Source: Octopus vulgaris (Eukaryota). From it: a stretch of 64,000 nucleotides of DNA. Each line of letters starts with the position of its first letter. Position 1 is the stretch's first letter. A program made the translations under genes and the position numbers. Where the stretch lies: positions 33,480,001-33,544,000 of the forward strand of contig OX597829.1 in the NCBI GenBank assembly GCA_951406725.2. The letters run 5' to 3'. The notes beneath the pieces were generated by a model. That model had not been told where the DNA came from. It searched no databases and saw only the letters and a program-made list of their open reading frames with translations. This document shows, piece by piece, positions 39,524 through 53,048 of the stretch.

Positions 39524-39770
39524 CATCATTATAATTATTGAGGGTGATGAATTGGTAGAGTCATTCTATCAATGGAAAAAAATGTCTTGTCAGTTCTTCT
39601 TACTCTTTACATTCTGAGTTCAAATATCACCAATGTCAATGTTATCTTTCATCTCTTTGAGAATGACAAAAGAAAATACAAGCTAAATCTAATTACTGAT
39701 GCTGATTGTATCAACTAACCCCTTCCCCTAAAAAATTGCTGGCCTTGTGCTTAAATTATTACCATTTATC
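39280..39770 (+). mobile_element. Two degenerate SINE copies of a third family with (ATT/ATC)n tails
   Basis: ctgagttcaaattctgcc..ggtcaactttgccttccatcctttc..ggt..taaaataagtaccag...aattgctggc.ttgtgc occurs twice; related piece at ~3420-3500. Confidence 0.65.
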
Positions 39771-39773
39771 ATA

Positions 39774-39824
<51 letters not shown>

Positions 39825-40491
39825 AAAGCAGTAGAAAGAGTAGAGTGGTATTTAGTTACATTCTGTATCTTGTTAGGATCAACTTTGCCATTCGTACTCT
39901 CAAGGCCTGACAAAAAAAGTAACAATTAAGTATGATCTAAGTGACTATACCCCCACCTGCAAAAATATGTTGTTTACATTTTTATTTCTAGTGTATGTCA
40001 CAAAGAAACAGAACTTTTTTTTTTTTTTTTTATTAAGAAAACTGTCATCCCTCGATTTTTTTCTTTTTTCCTTTTTGCTTTTGAAGTTCAAGTCAAGTGG
40101 AGTCATGTGTAAAAAGATGTTTTTGTTTTTTTTTTGTTTTGCACAAAAATTAAATGTCTAAATGTTTGGGTCAACTAAATAAGATTATAATTTTACAAAA
40201 TATCAACCTCATCTCTGGAGTTAAAATATTTTCCAATATTTACGTCAGCATTACATTTTGATCAGTTTGATCTCCATTTGTTATAAAGAGTCTTTATTAC
40301 TGAATGTGCACATAAGTGCCAGAACAGATTTAAATGTGGAACCTTTACTTCCAAACTTAAAGTTAATTGAAAATATCTAAATATTTGAGATGGACGTTAG
40401 TGAGAGGATAAAGATTCTTTTCTAATGTTTATAAATATACTATATTTGGATTGGTTCGATCACTGATCAATATCATATCAATAAAATGTTA

Positions 40492-41167
<676 letters not shown>

Positions 41168-43359
41168 TAAGAAATATCTTTCACATCTGAAAATGACATT
41201 AGTATGAAACTGAAAAATTAAAATCTCCAACACAAAATGTTTTGCACAATAATTTATGTATGACAGCAACAATAATGATAATAATAACACCCATATAAAC
41301 AATATTTTGTGTTTGTCTCCATTGTAAATTTACAGAAATTTGATTTAGAATACCACATGAAAGAATTACAATATGGATTCTTGAAGCTGAACCAGCTGTC
41401 AGGAGACCTAGGAGTAGATCAAGAACAAGATGGTTCGATAATATACATGGTTTCAGTTGATCACACTTGGGTATTCTTCCAGAAAGTGTAAAGACAGTTA
41501 CTTTTGATATGACCCAGTAGTGGAGGTGCCTGTTGACTCTATCTCTGTGATGTTTGCAAAAATAGTGGATTAGGGAGATGGATGAATGTAAATCAATGCT
41601 ATATTTTAGTGATATCATGTAGCCCTTAAAAGTTCTTTGCATAACTTTTAACTTCATAATATTACACAAAGAGTGTTTGTGGACATTTCATTTCACCCTC
41701 TTATATTTTGTAGCTCTAATCAGGATAAAGAGCCAGTGGCCATAATTTTTAGAAGCCCCACTACCACTTCAAGACTGGTGAAATTTATATGGTTGACTGT
41801 CAGGTTGAGCATATATAAGCTGATGAAGATGGCTTTATGAAATATCAGATCAAACTTCTTTAAATCACACCATTATCATCCTCGTCATCAGTCATGTCCA
41901 GCTTCCATGCACATATGGTTTGGATGGTTTGACAAGATCCAATTTGTTGGAGGACTGTGTTAGGCCTTAGTGTTTACTTTAGTATGATTTCCATAGTGGG
42001 ATATTCTTCCTGACACTAAGTACTTTACAGAGAACACTAGGCACATTTTTTTATGGCCAGAAGTTCCTCCTATAACTGAAGAAAAATAGTAGAAAGCGAG
42101 GGCAAGAGGGCAATGGTTCTTGGTGGAGAGATAAAAAATGAGTAAGATGAGATTAACAGATTTCTAGTTGCAGAGTATAATAGTGGAAAGAGTAACAGAG
42201 ATGTGGAGTAGTCTCTTGATGTTGGGTGGGGTATGTGAGAATCAGGAGAAAGAGAAGGGATTAGTGACAGGGGTTATTGAGAAAAAAGGGGAGAAAGTGA
42301 AAAGATGATAGGGTGAGTTGTGTAGAGATGAGTTGTGTCTGGGACAATCCTACATTATAAGGATGAGTATAGACAGAAAGTCTAAAGGAGAGGGGTCAGA
42401 AAGGGTGCACTAGACTAGGTTGGAGAGGAATCGTTCCCCATTTGACATATACTCATACACATCATACCACTTCTTTCAATGATACTCTACCATATATATT
42501 ACATAAGAAGAGAGGACTCATTTGATATAATCCTACAAATAAAATATTAAATAAAATATAGAATTTCATGAAAAGTCTGCCAGGTCTAATCTAACAGAAG
42601 ACTAAACAACAACATTGTAGGAGATGAGATGGGGAATCTAGGAGTTAATACACTGAATAAAAGGAAAAGAGGGAGAAAGCAAAGTGAGACAAACAAGATG
42701 TAATGAGAGGTACTAAATGGAGAGCCTTGTTGGAGGTAGTATACAACTGAATCTATTTCCTCTATATTCTTAATGCATATTGCTCCTGAATATCTACCAC
42801 TTACAAAGTCTATTTTCTCTGTTAACCTTCCATTGCATCTCTTGTGATTTCATTGCACTTTTTGTGTTTCCATACATTACAATGGATATATGACATGGGA
42901 ATTTCTACCCACACCTTTTATAGATAAGGACAAACATTCTTCTGAAGGAAATAGAACGCTGCCTGTTTTGTTGCTTACTTTTAACTCCAGGAGAGAAAGG
43001 GTTGATAAAATCAGCCTTGTCCACCACCAACACTGCCATGCATGCCATCGACTCTTCTATGCAAGAATTGGTCTACAGAGACATCAACATAAAGGAAGTG
43101 TTCAGTGAAGAAGAAACTAAATTCTCGAATACAAGATAAAGCTGATGATGTATGTATGTATGTATGTAGAGATGGATGGATGGATGGATGCATGCATGCA
43201 TGCATGCACTCATGCATACATGTATGTATGTATGTCTGTCGTTATTCAGTTTATTTCAAGATTTCTTCCCAATAGAGAAAGAACTGGTTTCTAACCTAGA
43301 TCCAAGACTTCTTCATTGGAATTTCAACATCAACAACAGGGTTTTTTTGTTTGTTTGTT

Positions 43360-43391
<32 letters not shown>

Positions 43392-43459
43392 TGTATGTAT
43401 GTATGTACGTATGTATGCATGCATACATGCATGCATATGTGTGTGTGTGTATATATATA

Positions 43460-44160
43460 TCACGACCTTCGGACATTGGGTCTCACCGAGGCAATGCCTA
43501 GTGACCAATACTTTTGGAGATATGCTGTGCTTGAGAAGACCCGACAAGCCAAGTGACAACATAACCCATGGCCTATGCCATTGGTATATAACCAGCCCAT
43601 TTATGAGTACCCTTCATTCATTGGACAATAAACTTTGCAAAGACGTGTTGAGGCAAGTGAAATCAAAATCACTGATGTGGCCAATGATAATACTGCCTGA
43701 TTGGCACTTGTGCCAGTGGAACGTTAAAAGCATCATCCGAGCATGATTGTTGCCAGGGCTGCTGATTGGCTCCCATGCCGGGGGCACATTAAAAGCACCA
43801 TTTGAGCATGATTGTTGCCAGCATCATCTTACTGGCACATGTATCGGTGGCATGTGAAAAACAACATTCAAGCATGGTCGTTGCCAGTGCCACAAACTGG
43901 CTCCTGTGCAGGTGGCACGTAAAAAACACCATTTGAGCATAGCTATTGCCAGTACCGCCTGACTGGCCCTTGTGTCGGTGGCACGTAAAAGCACCCACTA
44001 CATTCTCAGAGTGGTTGGTGTTAGGAGGGGCATCCAGCTGTAGAAACTTTGCCAGATCAGATTGGAGCCTGGTATAGCCTTCTGGCTCACCAGTCCTCAG
44101 TCAAACCATCCGACCCATGCTAGCATGGAAAGCAGACGTTAAATGATGATGATGATGATG
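43460..44160 (+). mobile_element. RTE-clade LINE 3' end with internal ~60-bp tandem repeats and (GAT)n tail
   Basis: DLRTLGLTEAM...WRYAVLEKTRQAK*, then repeated gtggcacgtaaaagcaccatttgagcat-type units, ending ccatgctagcatggaaagcagacgttaaa(tga)n. Confidence 0.8.
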
Positions 44161-44413
44161 ATATATATCCTCAACATCCAGTGTTTTAAATCCGGGTTTT
44201 GTCCCCATTAACAGGGTTGGCTGGATCTACCTCAATGTCATAGCAACTGCCATCACACTATCTCATCATCTTGCCCAGTTTTGAGCATCCTCCTTTTTCA
44301 AACCAACCCTCCCAATCTCCTCCTCCACCTTTTCCTCAGTCTACCACTTATCTCAAATGCAATCACCCTCTTCAGAACATCCTCTGTACATATATATAAA
44401 TATTTATATCTAT

Positions 44414-44459
<46 letters not shown>

Positions 44460-44461
<2 letters not shown>

Positions 44462-44860
44462 TCATCATCATCATCATCATCGTTTAACATCCATTTTCCA
44501 TGCTGGCATGGGTTGGACAGTTTGTCAGCAGTCTGGAGAGCCAGCAGCTGCACCAGGATCCAATCTGATCTGGCAATGTTTCTACAGCTGGATGCCCTTA
44601 CTAATGCTAACTATTCTGAGAGTGTAGTGTGTGCATTTTATGCGCTACCAGCACAGGAGCTAGTCAAACGAGTTTGGCATCAGTCACTTTCACATAGTGC
44701 TTTTTAAATGTCACCAGCTAGTCAGTGGGTACTGGTATTGGCCATGTTCAGATGGTGCTTTTTTATGTGCCACTAGCATGAGAGCCTCTCAGATGGACCT
44801 GTCATTGATCATGTTTGGCTGATGCATTTTATGTGCCACTGTAATGGGTGCCAGTCAGAG
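44460..44860 (-). mobile_element. RTE 3' UTR copy, inverted relative to 43460-44160
   Basis: (cat)n cgtttaacatccattttccatgctggcatgggttggacag is the reverse complement of the same tail, followed by the same tandem units. Confidence 0.75.
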
Positions 44861-44864
44861 ACTG

Positions 44865-45410
44865 CTGAATGTGGAGAATGAACGGGTTGAGGAGAGTCTG
44901 CCAAAGGTTGACTTAATTGAGGGACCAGCTACTTAAATCAACAGTACCTTTGTAGATAATGCAATTAAGGATATGGAGACAGGGAAAGCACCTGGTCCAT
45001 CAGGAATCACTGCTGTGATGCTTAAAACATTGGGCAGTGTGGGTTATGGAATTGTCACTCACATCATAAATCAGGTAGTTCATGAAAGAGTCATACCCAA
45101 TGACTGGAGTAGAAGCACCATAGTTAACTGCTACAAGGGTAAAGGTGATGCTTTAAGGTATCAAATTATTGGATCAGGTGATGAAAGTTACAGAGAGGAT
45201 CATAGTCCAACTAATTATGGAGAGAGTTAGCCTAGATGAGATGCAGTTTAGTTTTGTGCCAGGGAGAAGCACCACTGATGCTAAATTCCTGGTAAGGCAA
45301 CTGCAGGAGAAATATCTAGCCAAAGATTATCCTCTGTACTTGGCTTTTGTTGACTTGGAGAAAGCCTTTGACAGGGTCTCCTGATCCCTTATCTGGTGGT
45401 CAATTTGGAA
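44865..45410 (+). mobile_element. RTE-clade RT fragment
   Basis: GKAPGPSGIT...PNDW...YKGKGDAL; DEMQFSFVPGRSTTDA...LAFVDLEKAFDRV. Confidence 0.85.
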
Positions 45411-46019
45411 ACTGTTAAAATTTCAGTTGTTTTTAGTAAATCTTCTAAAAATTAATTTATTTATATTTCAACTTAAAATTATCTGGTGGTCAATTTGGAA
45501 ACTGTTAAAATTTCAGTTGTTTTTAGTAAACATTCTAAAAATTAATTTATTTATATTTCAACTTAAAATTGTTTTAATAAAACAATGATGTCAGACATCA
45601 ACAGAAAGTAACAAGCAATATCTAAAAAGCCTTGTCAATCTGCCTCATGGTCCCAGTAGACAAAATGGAAAAGGCATTGCCTGGAGGATGGTGAGGGAGA
45701 TGCACTCTGACTCACAGGACTCACTCTTGTGGATAGCCATCTCTGCCCTGATAGCAGTGAGCAGGGATTGGTCTGGGGGCTGAAAATGCCAGAGGTCTTC
45801 ATAACTACAGACTTTACCAAAAACCTGTGAGAGAGCAGCTTATACTTTGGCAGTTTGCTCTTGGCCTGACGGCCACTGGAGAAGGTGTCACATGTGGCAT
45901 CTAGGATGAGGGAGCCTACTCTGATGGAATGGAAAAGTTGTCATACCATCAGATCTTTTACTGTACCTCGGTCTAGCCAAAATTACGTTTAAATCATTAT
46001 CATCATTATTATTATCATT

Positions 46020-49000
46020 TTTCAGTAGTCTTATTTTTATCATGTGGTTTCACTGCACAATTGAGCACAATGCTGTGGTTTGTTTTGATGCTCTTATTTT
46101 TAGTGTATTGAAAGTGTTTTACATAGGATGTGTGCCGTGTCTAGTAGTGCTATTTTCTGTATATTATATATATTTGTTAGTCCTGGTGTTTTTGTTATGT
46201 ATTTGAATATTTTTTTTATCATACCTACTTATGATAGGAATTGTTTCTGTTTCCACATTCAAGTTATCTCTATTTCCAGATCTTTGTATTTTGAAAGTTT
46301 CTCTGTTTCTTTTAGAGAAACATTGTCATCTGTTGGTATTGATACATCAATTAGAAAGCATTTTTTTTGGTGATCTCTGACAACTATATCTACCCTATTG
46401 GCCTTAATTTCTCTACCTGTGTGCTTTGGCATATCCCATAATATGGTTGCTTTCTCATTTTCTGTGACCTTTTCTAGCGTGTGCCTATACCATCTTTTTT
46501 CTGTTGTTATTCCATAGTGTTAGCATAGTTTCCAGTGTATATAGATCTGAACTTCATGTCTGAATATATTCCTTCATAGCCAGGACTGGGTAGCCAGAGA
46601 CGATATGACTTATTGTTTGTTGTCCACCTCCACTTATTCTGAACTTGTATTTCTTTTCATTACATGTTTTTGGTAATTTTTGGTGGGAAGGCTTTGGTTT
46701 TTGTGCTGCAATTAAAAATCTTTGTCTGAGTCCAGAGCTTCTCAACCATTGTTGGGATTTTGCTTTCTCTATTTCTTTTCTATTTATCATAATCCAATAT
46801 TTGCCATGAAGGGGCTTTTCTTTCCATCGTTTTATCATGATCCATTGCTGTTCCAGTTTTAGTTTGTCTTTCAGTTGTTTTACATCTTTTGCTGTTTTTT
46901 TTTAAAATTTTTCTTCATAGTTGTTAGGTACTATGACTTCTTTTTTGTATTTTTCAGCTTCCTTAAATACTGAAAACAGTTTTTTATTTTGTTCATATTT
47001 TATGGCTATTTGTATTAGTTTTTCTTGTCTCTAAAGTAGGTATTTCTGTAGTCCTATGGTGGTTATTTTGTAATAGTTTTCTAGCTGTGTAAGGCCTCTA
47101 CCACCTTTGATATGTTGTATATATAAGCTTTCTATGTCAGATTTTGGGTGGTACATCCTAAATCCTATCATTATTTTTATTGTTTTCCTGTCTATTTTGA
47201 TTAGTTCATTTAGAGTCCAGTTAAGAATATTGTAACTGTTAATTACAACTGGGACAGCTAGGGTGTTGAATACTTACTATCTTGTTTTTTGCATTGAGCT
47301 CTGTTTTCAGTATTAATCTTTTCTTATCTTCTCTTTCATTTGTGTGTGTTGTGTCATATCTAGTTCATTGATTCCTAAGTATTTGTATGTCTGGCTTCAA
47401 TCTAATTCTCTTATTTAATTTGCTTTATCTAGTGTGATGTTGCTACCTTAACTAGTTTTCCTCTTTTCAAGGTTGCTTTGGCACATTTTTCTAAGCCAAA
47501 TTTCATGTTTATTTCTTTGGTAAACTCATGTGCTGTCTGTAGTAATGTTTCCAGCTGTTTATCATTTGTAGCATACAGTTTTGGATTATCCATATATAAG
47601 AGTGGCTGGTTGTTTTGCTGTAACAGTTGTATCCACATCCAGTTCTGTTTAGCACGTCAGATAAAGGTGTCAGTGCCGAGCAGAAAAGGAGTGGAAAGAG
47701 TGTGTTCCCCTGGAATATTCCTCTTCTTCCCATTATTGATGGGGATGGTTTTGGTTTTAATGAGTTCCTCTTTTGTCTGGAGCTGTAGCAATGCATGCCA
47801 TTTATTCATGAAATGCCTTATATATTTTATGATTATTTGTGCTGCCTTGTTCATGGGTAGTGCTTCTAGGATCCATGTGTGGGGAATACTACCAAAAGCC
47901 TTTCGGTAATCAATCCAGGCTATACTTAGACCCTTCTTCTTTCTGTGGCTGTCTTCTTTCTGCAGCTTTATTAATCAGTAGCTGATCTTTATAGCTATAT
48001 GAGCCCTTGCAGCATCCCTTCTACTCTCCTGGAAACAGGTTGTTTTCTTCCAGATGCTTGCTCATTCTCTGGGATATCATTGCAGTAAAGGCTTTGTAAA
48101 TTGTAGGGAGGCAAGTTATCAGTCTATCATTTTGTGGGTTTGCCATTTCAGTGGATTTGGGAATTGGGATAGTTTTCCCTTCCGTGAGCCATTCAGACAT
48201 TGTCTCTGGCTCTGCTAGTATTTCATAAAATTTTTCTGCCAGCATTTTATGTGTTCCTGTTAGGTATTTTAACCAGAAGTTGGGGATCTTGTCATACCCA
48301 GGTGCCTTCCAGTTGCTTAGTTTTTGCAGTGCCTGGTTGATCTTTTCAGTTGTTATAGGGGTTCAGAGTTGTTTGGGTGCTGTGTTTGTTGTTTTGATAG
48401 ACCTTTTTTGAAGTTGTTCCTTCGTTGACCATATTTGTTTCCAAAATTCTTCCACTTCTTCTGCTGTTGGTTCTGCATTGGTCTCTATTTTATTTTTGCT
48501 AAGTTCTTGGTAGAATCTTTTGTTGGTTGGAGTTGAACTGTTTGTTTGTTCAAAGAAATGTTGGCATTTCTCATACTGGCAAATTCTTTGTGCTTTGGTG
48601 ATGATATCTTGCTTTAGCTGTTCTTTTACTTCAGGTATACCTTGCTCTGTAATTTTGTATTTACATACAGGTATACCTTGCTCTGTAATTTTGTATTTAC
48701 GTAGTATTTTGCTTCTCTTCTTGTTGCTTAGTAGTATTGATTATCTACTAGTTTCATTAAGGATTGACAGAACCTTTCTCTTATTTTCTATTTTTTCTGG
48801 ATATTATTTATCCATAGGGTGCTGATACTCCTGTTTGGTTGGGCTTTAGCGGGTATCCAGCTTCTTTTGTGGCTACAGAGGCTGCTGCATATATTATATC
48901 ATTTAGCCTGGTCATATTGACATTTGTTTCTGTGGATATTAGTTCTGTGACGGCCAGGTTCACACCATTTATTATTCATGTTGTTTTATTATCAATTCTA

Positions 49001-49860
49001 ATTTTTGGGAGATACAATCGGTGCTCCATAAGCACTGGGACTGTAAAACATGAAGACATGAATCTAGCTTTCAATTCTTTGATTATGCTCATTTTTAGAG
49101 TATCATAATCATTAGCTTCACCTTCACTGTTTCCAGGTTTTAGATTTGTTTCGTATTACCTCCTGTTCATATTTTTGTCTGTGGTGTTCTGGTTTGGTGC
49201 ATTTTGCTCATCATTATATATTCTTACGGTCTGAGTTGGTTGTCTTTCATTGTTTATTTCATTTTTGTTAAACATGTTACGTCTGTCTTCATGTTTTACA
49301 GTCCCGGTGCTTATGATATTATTTGGTAATGTTGTGCGGTTACTATCTATGTTTTCCTGATGTACTTTTCCTTTTAAGTTTTCTATTTCTTTTTCTGATT
49401 TTTTTTGTTTGTTTTTAGAATATAACTCCGTATGTTAGCTAGTTTATTAGGATTCATTGCTGTATCCAAATATTTATCTAGGTTATTTTTCTTCCTGATT
49501 TTATAAGTATATGTTGTTGTGTTTTCATTCTGTGGGTAGAGCATGTAGGATTGAAATACATTCCTCACATGTTCATATTTGCGGGACATGTGGAATAATG
49601 TCCAGCCCTTTATTTTGATGGTCATCATTTTTGTAGGGTACTGGTATCTTCATTTCTGGTGTAAATGGTTTTGTAGTAGTTTCTCATACTTTTTGTGTAA
49701 CAAGTTTAAAGTACGTACTTCCCATCTGTTATCCTTGGGTGTTATTTAGCTTATTTTTCAATTTTTTGTGTATAGTGGTTAGGGATGGAGATGGTCCAAT
49801 GTTGATTGGATCGTAATGTAGTGAGCATGTTTACACGTGTTGTGTGGGTGTTGGAGATGA
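46020..49860 (-). mobile_element. Near-full-length degenerate R4/Dong-like RLE LINE flanked by (ATT)n-like sequence
   Basis: EWLTEGKTIPIPK, RGIFQGNTLFPLLFC, LLYMDN, MKFGLEKCAK, WKEKPLHGKY; ATT/ATC-type repeats at both ends. Confidence 0.85.
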
Positions 49861-49882
49861 TATTATCGTTATTATTATTATT

Positions 49883-50060
49883 ATACAGTTCTATATTTAA
49901 GAGATGAGGAATTATGTACATTATTTACATTTGACAGATATTTGTTCTCATCTTCTTTGTTGTTAACACAACGCTTCGGCTGATATACCCTCCAGCCTTC
50001 ATCAGGTGTCTTGGGGAAATTTTGAACCTGGGTTCTCATTCCTAACGTATTTTTCAATGT
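49883..50060 (-). repeat. Solo copy of the HHR-bearing PLE 3' segment (same family as 55790-55930)
   Basis: Reverse complement aligns by eye with 55790-55930; the spurious translations are near-identical (GMRTQVQxFPKTPDEGWRVYQ). Confidence 0.85.
49965..50010 (-). ncRNA. Minimal hammerhead ribozyme motif (GAAG variant)
   Basis: Minus strand reads GACAC-CUGAUGA-AGGCUG GAGGGUAUAU CAGCC-GAAG-CGUU-GUGUU. Confidence 0.6.
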
Positions 50061-50084
50061 TGTTGTTGTTATTGTTAACATTGC

Positions 50085-51565
50085 GAAGAAAGAAACCTTT
50101 ATTATGATCAAGGACTATAAATAAAACTTTGCCTCTAATATCGCATGCAGGCTGATAAACCCTGCAAAGTCTGTGATTGGACAGGTAAACAAACAGCTCA
50201 TCAGGAAGATCAATAACGGTGTTAGAAGTGCTTCTGGCCTCACCCTATGGTCGAACACCAACGAAGTCATGACAGTTTAAAACCAACAGTGGAATGGGTG
50301 GAGCTAGGTTTACCCAATTTAATCTAGTGGACTTTTTACCCATCTATATTGAGGGAGCTTCTTTTTTAGGCTCTGGACTTCCCTAGGACCAACACTGAAG
50401 TTGGTGACAATGACATATGCATTATCATGCACACTAGAAAAATACTGCTCTTCAATAAGGGCTCAGCCTGGGCCAAACTAAATGACCCAGAAGGCTCCTT
50501 CAATGTAGCAATGAGTGCTTTTGATAGCACTGACATTTGTGACTTTGTTGGTTTCTTCAAGCTAGTTGTACTCAAAAAGAAGTTCCTTTCCACTATCTTT
50601 GGCCTCTAAAAGGATGACTTGCTGGCAATATCAAGAGGGACAAACAGCCACACCAGCATCATGATTTCCCTAAAAATGGTGGATTTCCTTGATGTGATCC
50701 CGGACTTGGAGTCCAGTGCCTATAGACCCCTTAGGAAGCCAAATGATAAGCTATCATATATTAACACAGGTTCCTGTCATCCAGCCAAAGTTTTCAAGAA
50801 CCTGATAAAGGGCATCAGCAGAAGAATATCCAACCTACCTTCAAGTAAAAGGAGTTTTGATGCTGCCATCCCATATTGCAACAAGGCTAGCAGTTTCAAG
50901 GATAGAATTAGTTACATGCCAGACCCTAATTCCTCCAAAAGAAAGAACCCCTGGAAAGTGTTGTGGTTCATGCTCCCCTTCTATTTAAGTGTTAAAACCC
51001 AAGTAGGTAAGATTTTCCTTTGCTTAGTAGACAAGTATTTTCTTCATACAAATAAGTTCAGCAAAATATTTAATAGGCACACCCTGAGAATTTCCTTTAG
51101 TTGTGCATCCAATGTAAAAAAGATTTTACTAGGTAGGCCTACACTTGAGAAAGAGGCAGGATGCTTGTGTAAGGGTAACACAACGTTCCACTGAACAGCC
51201 ACTGTAACACAGAGACCATTGTACATGAGGCAGAGGTAACAGCAATAGGACCAAATGGGCAACCAAACGCAGGAGCAACTGAAGGCTCCTGCAAAACCTA
51301 CTATAAAAACCACAAGTCCTCCTTCATCATCCCAGAGAGATGTAATGTCACAACTCTGGCCAAGCACATATGGTCATTGAAAGAAAGCACCAGTGAGTAC
51401 AGCATAAAGTGGAAGATCCTAGACAAATGTAAAGCATACTTCAATAGGAGAGGGAAGTACAGATTATGCCTGGCTGAGAAAAGAGTGGTTTTAAAGAGCT
51501 CCCAGCACCTAAGCATTTACATGAGTAGCATTTACCATATTTCATTCCATAATTGGTACCCCTAA
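50085..51565 (+). mobile_element. Degenerate PLE (RT + GIY-YIG), same type as the 26848-28619 element
   Basis: IIMHTRKILLF, FNVAMSAFDSTDICDFVG, VDFLDVIPDL, KPNDKLSYINTGSCHP, IKWKILDK...RLCLAEK; many stops and frameshifts. Confidence 0.85.
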
Positions 51566-51774
51566 AGAGTTTAGAGTTACATAATTAGATTGTTACCAAC
51601 CATTCTATTGAATCTCTTGCATGAAACCAGTTGGTAACATAAAGCATGATGGATATATAATACTATACACATTGATTAATATACTCACTCTACTGACAGA
51701 TATATGAGTGCATTTTTTCCAAACTTATGGACTCTTAGATGCCTTACACACACACATGTATTTATGTACATAAG

Positions 51775-53010
51775 TCATCATCATCATCGTCGTTTAACGT
51801 CCACTTTTCATGCTGGCATGGTTTGGACGGTTTGACCACTGGCTCCAATCTGATTTGGCAGGATTTTGGCAGCTGGATGCTCTTCCTAATGCCAATCACT
51901 CCGAGATTATAGTGGATGCTTTTACATGCCACCAGCATGGGAGCCAGTCAGGCAGCACTGACACCAGCCATGCTTGAATGATGCATTTTACATGCCAGCC
52001 AGGCAGCACTGACATTGGCCATGACTACGATCTCACTTGGCTTGCTGGGTCTTCTCAATCACAGTATATCTCCAAAGGTCTCAGACACCTGTCATTGCCT
52101 CTCTGAGGCCCAGTGTTCGAAGGTTGTGCTTCATCACCTCATCCCATGTCTTGCTGGGTCTAGCTCTTCCACAGGTTCCCTCCACTGTTAGGGTGTGACA
52201 CTTTTTCACACAGCTGTCCTCATCCATATGCAACACATGACCATACCAGCACAGTCATCTCTCTTTCACACCACATCTGATGCTTCTTATGCTCAATTTT
52301 TCTCTCGGGGTACTTACACTCTGTCTTCTATGCATACTGACATCACACATCCAGCAGAGCATACTAGCTTCATTTCTTTCAAGCCTACACATGTCCTCAG
52401 CAGTCACAGTCCCTATTTCACTGCTGTGTAGCATGGCTGTTTGCACACAGAAATTGTACAACTTACCTTTTGCTCTGAGATTGAGAGACCCTTTGTTACC
52501 AGCAGAGGTAGGAACTCTGAACCTTGCCCCAGTTATTTTTATTCTAGCAGCTATGCTCTCAGAGCATCCAACCATGCTACTAATTTGGTTACCTAGGTAA
52601 TGGAAGCTATCAACTACAACTAGTTTTATCCCCTGGCATGTGATGGAATCTGTTTTCTGTACATCCTTGGTGTTTATTGTGCCTGTGCATCTGCCACACA
52701 CTAAAATATCTTCCCAGTTAAACTTCCTTTGATATTGCTGCACCTCTTATGTGTCCCTAGCTCACACCAGGTACATCTTATGGAGTGTCTACCTACGCCT
52801 TTTCTACAGATTGAGCAGGGCCATCTACTTGAAGGGATTCGTGACTTGTCCACTTTCCTACTTACTAAGACTTTGACCCTTCGATTATAGACCTTGCTTC
52901 CACACCTGAAATTTCTCTAGTTCTGGTAGTGACTCAGCTATTAGAACAAGATCATTAGCATAGAGGAGCTCCCAGGGACAGCCTGCCTTGAATTCTTCTG
53001 TTGTTGCCTG
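51775..53010 (-). mobile_element. RTE-clade LINE 3' part with (GAT)n tail
   Basis: WELLYANDLVL, VVDSFHYLGNQI, MLHSSE...RLERNEASMLCWMC; same 3' tail as 43460-44160. Confidence 0.85.
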
Positions 53011-53048
53011 AGGGGGCTGCATGTGTGTGTTTGTATAGTCATTTTCAT

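Noticed and set aside
41817-41860. CTGATGA...GAAA motif (also 31775 and 60783)
   Set aside because: No adequate helix I/II/III pairing; expected by chance or too decayed to call.
43690-44000. CRISPR-like repeat-spacer appearance
   Set aside because: Degenerate tandem units with mutually similar 'spacers', inside an RTE 3' UTR in a eukaryote; no cas genes.
49027-49317. 32-bp inverted duplication and small tandem duplications (48631-48700, 29875-29915)
   Set aside because: Small local rearrangements in decayed LINE or intron sequence with no sign of function.
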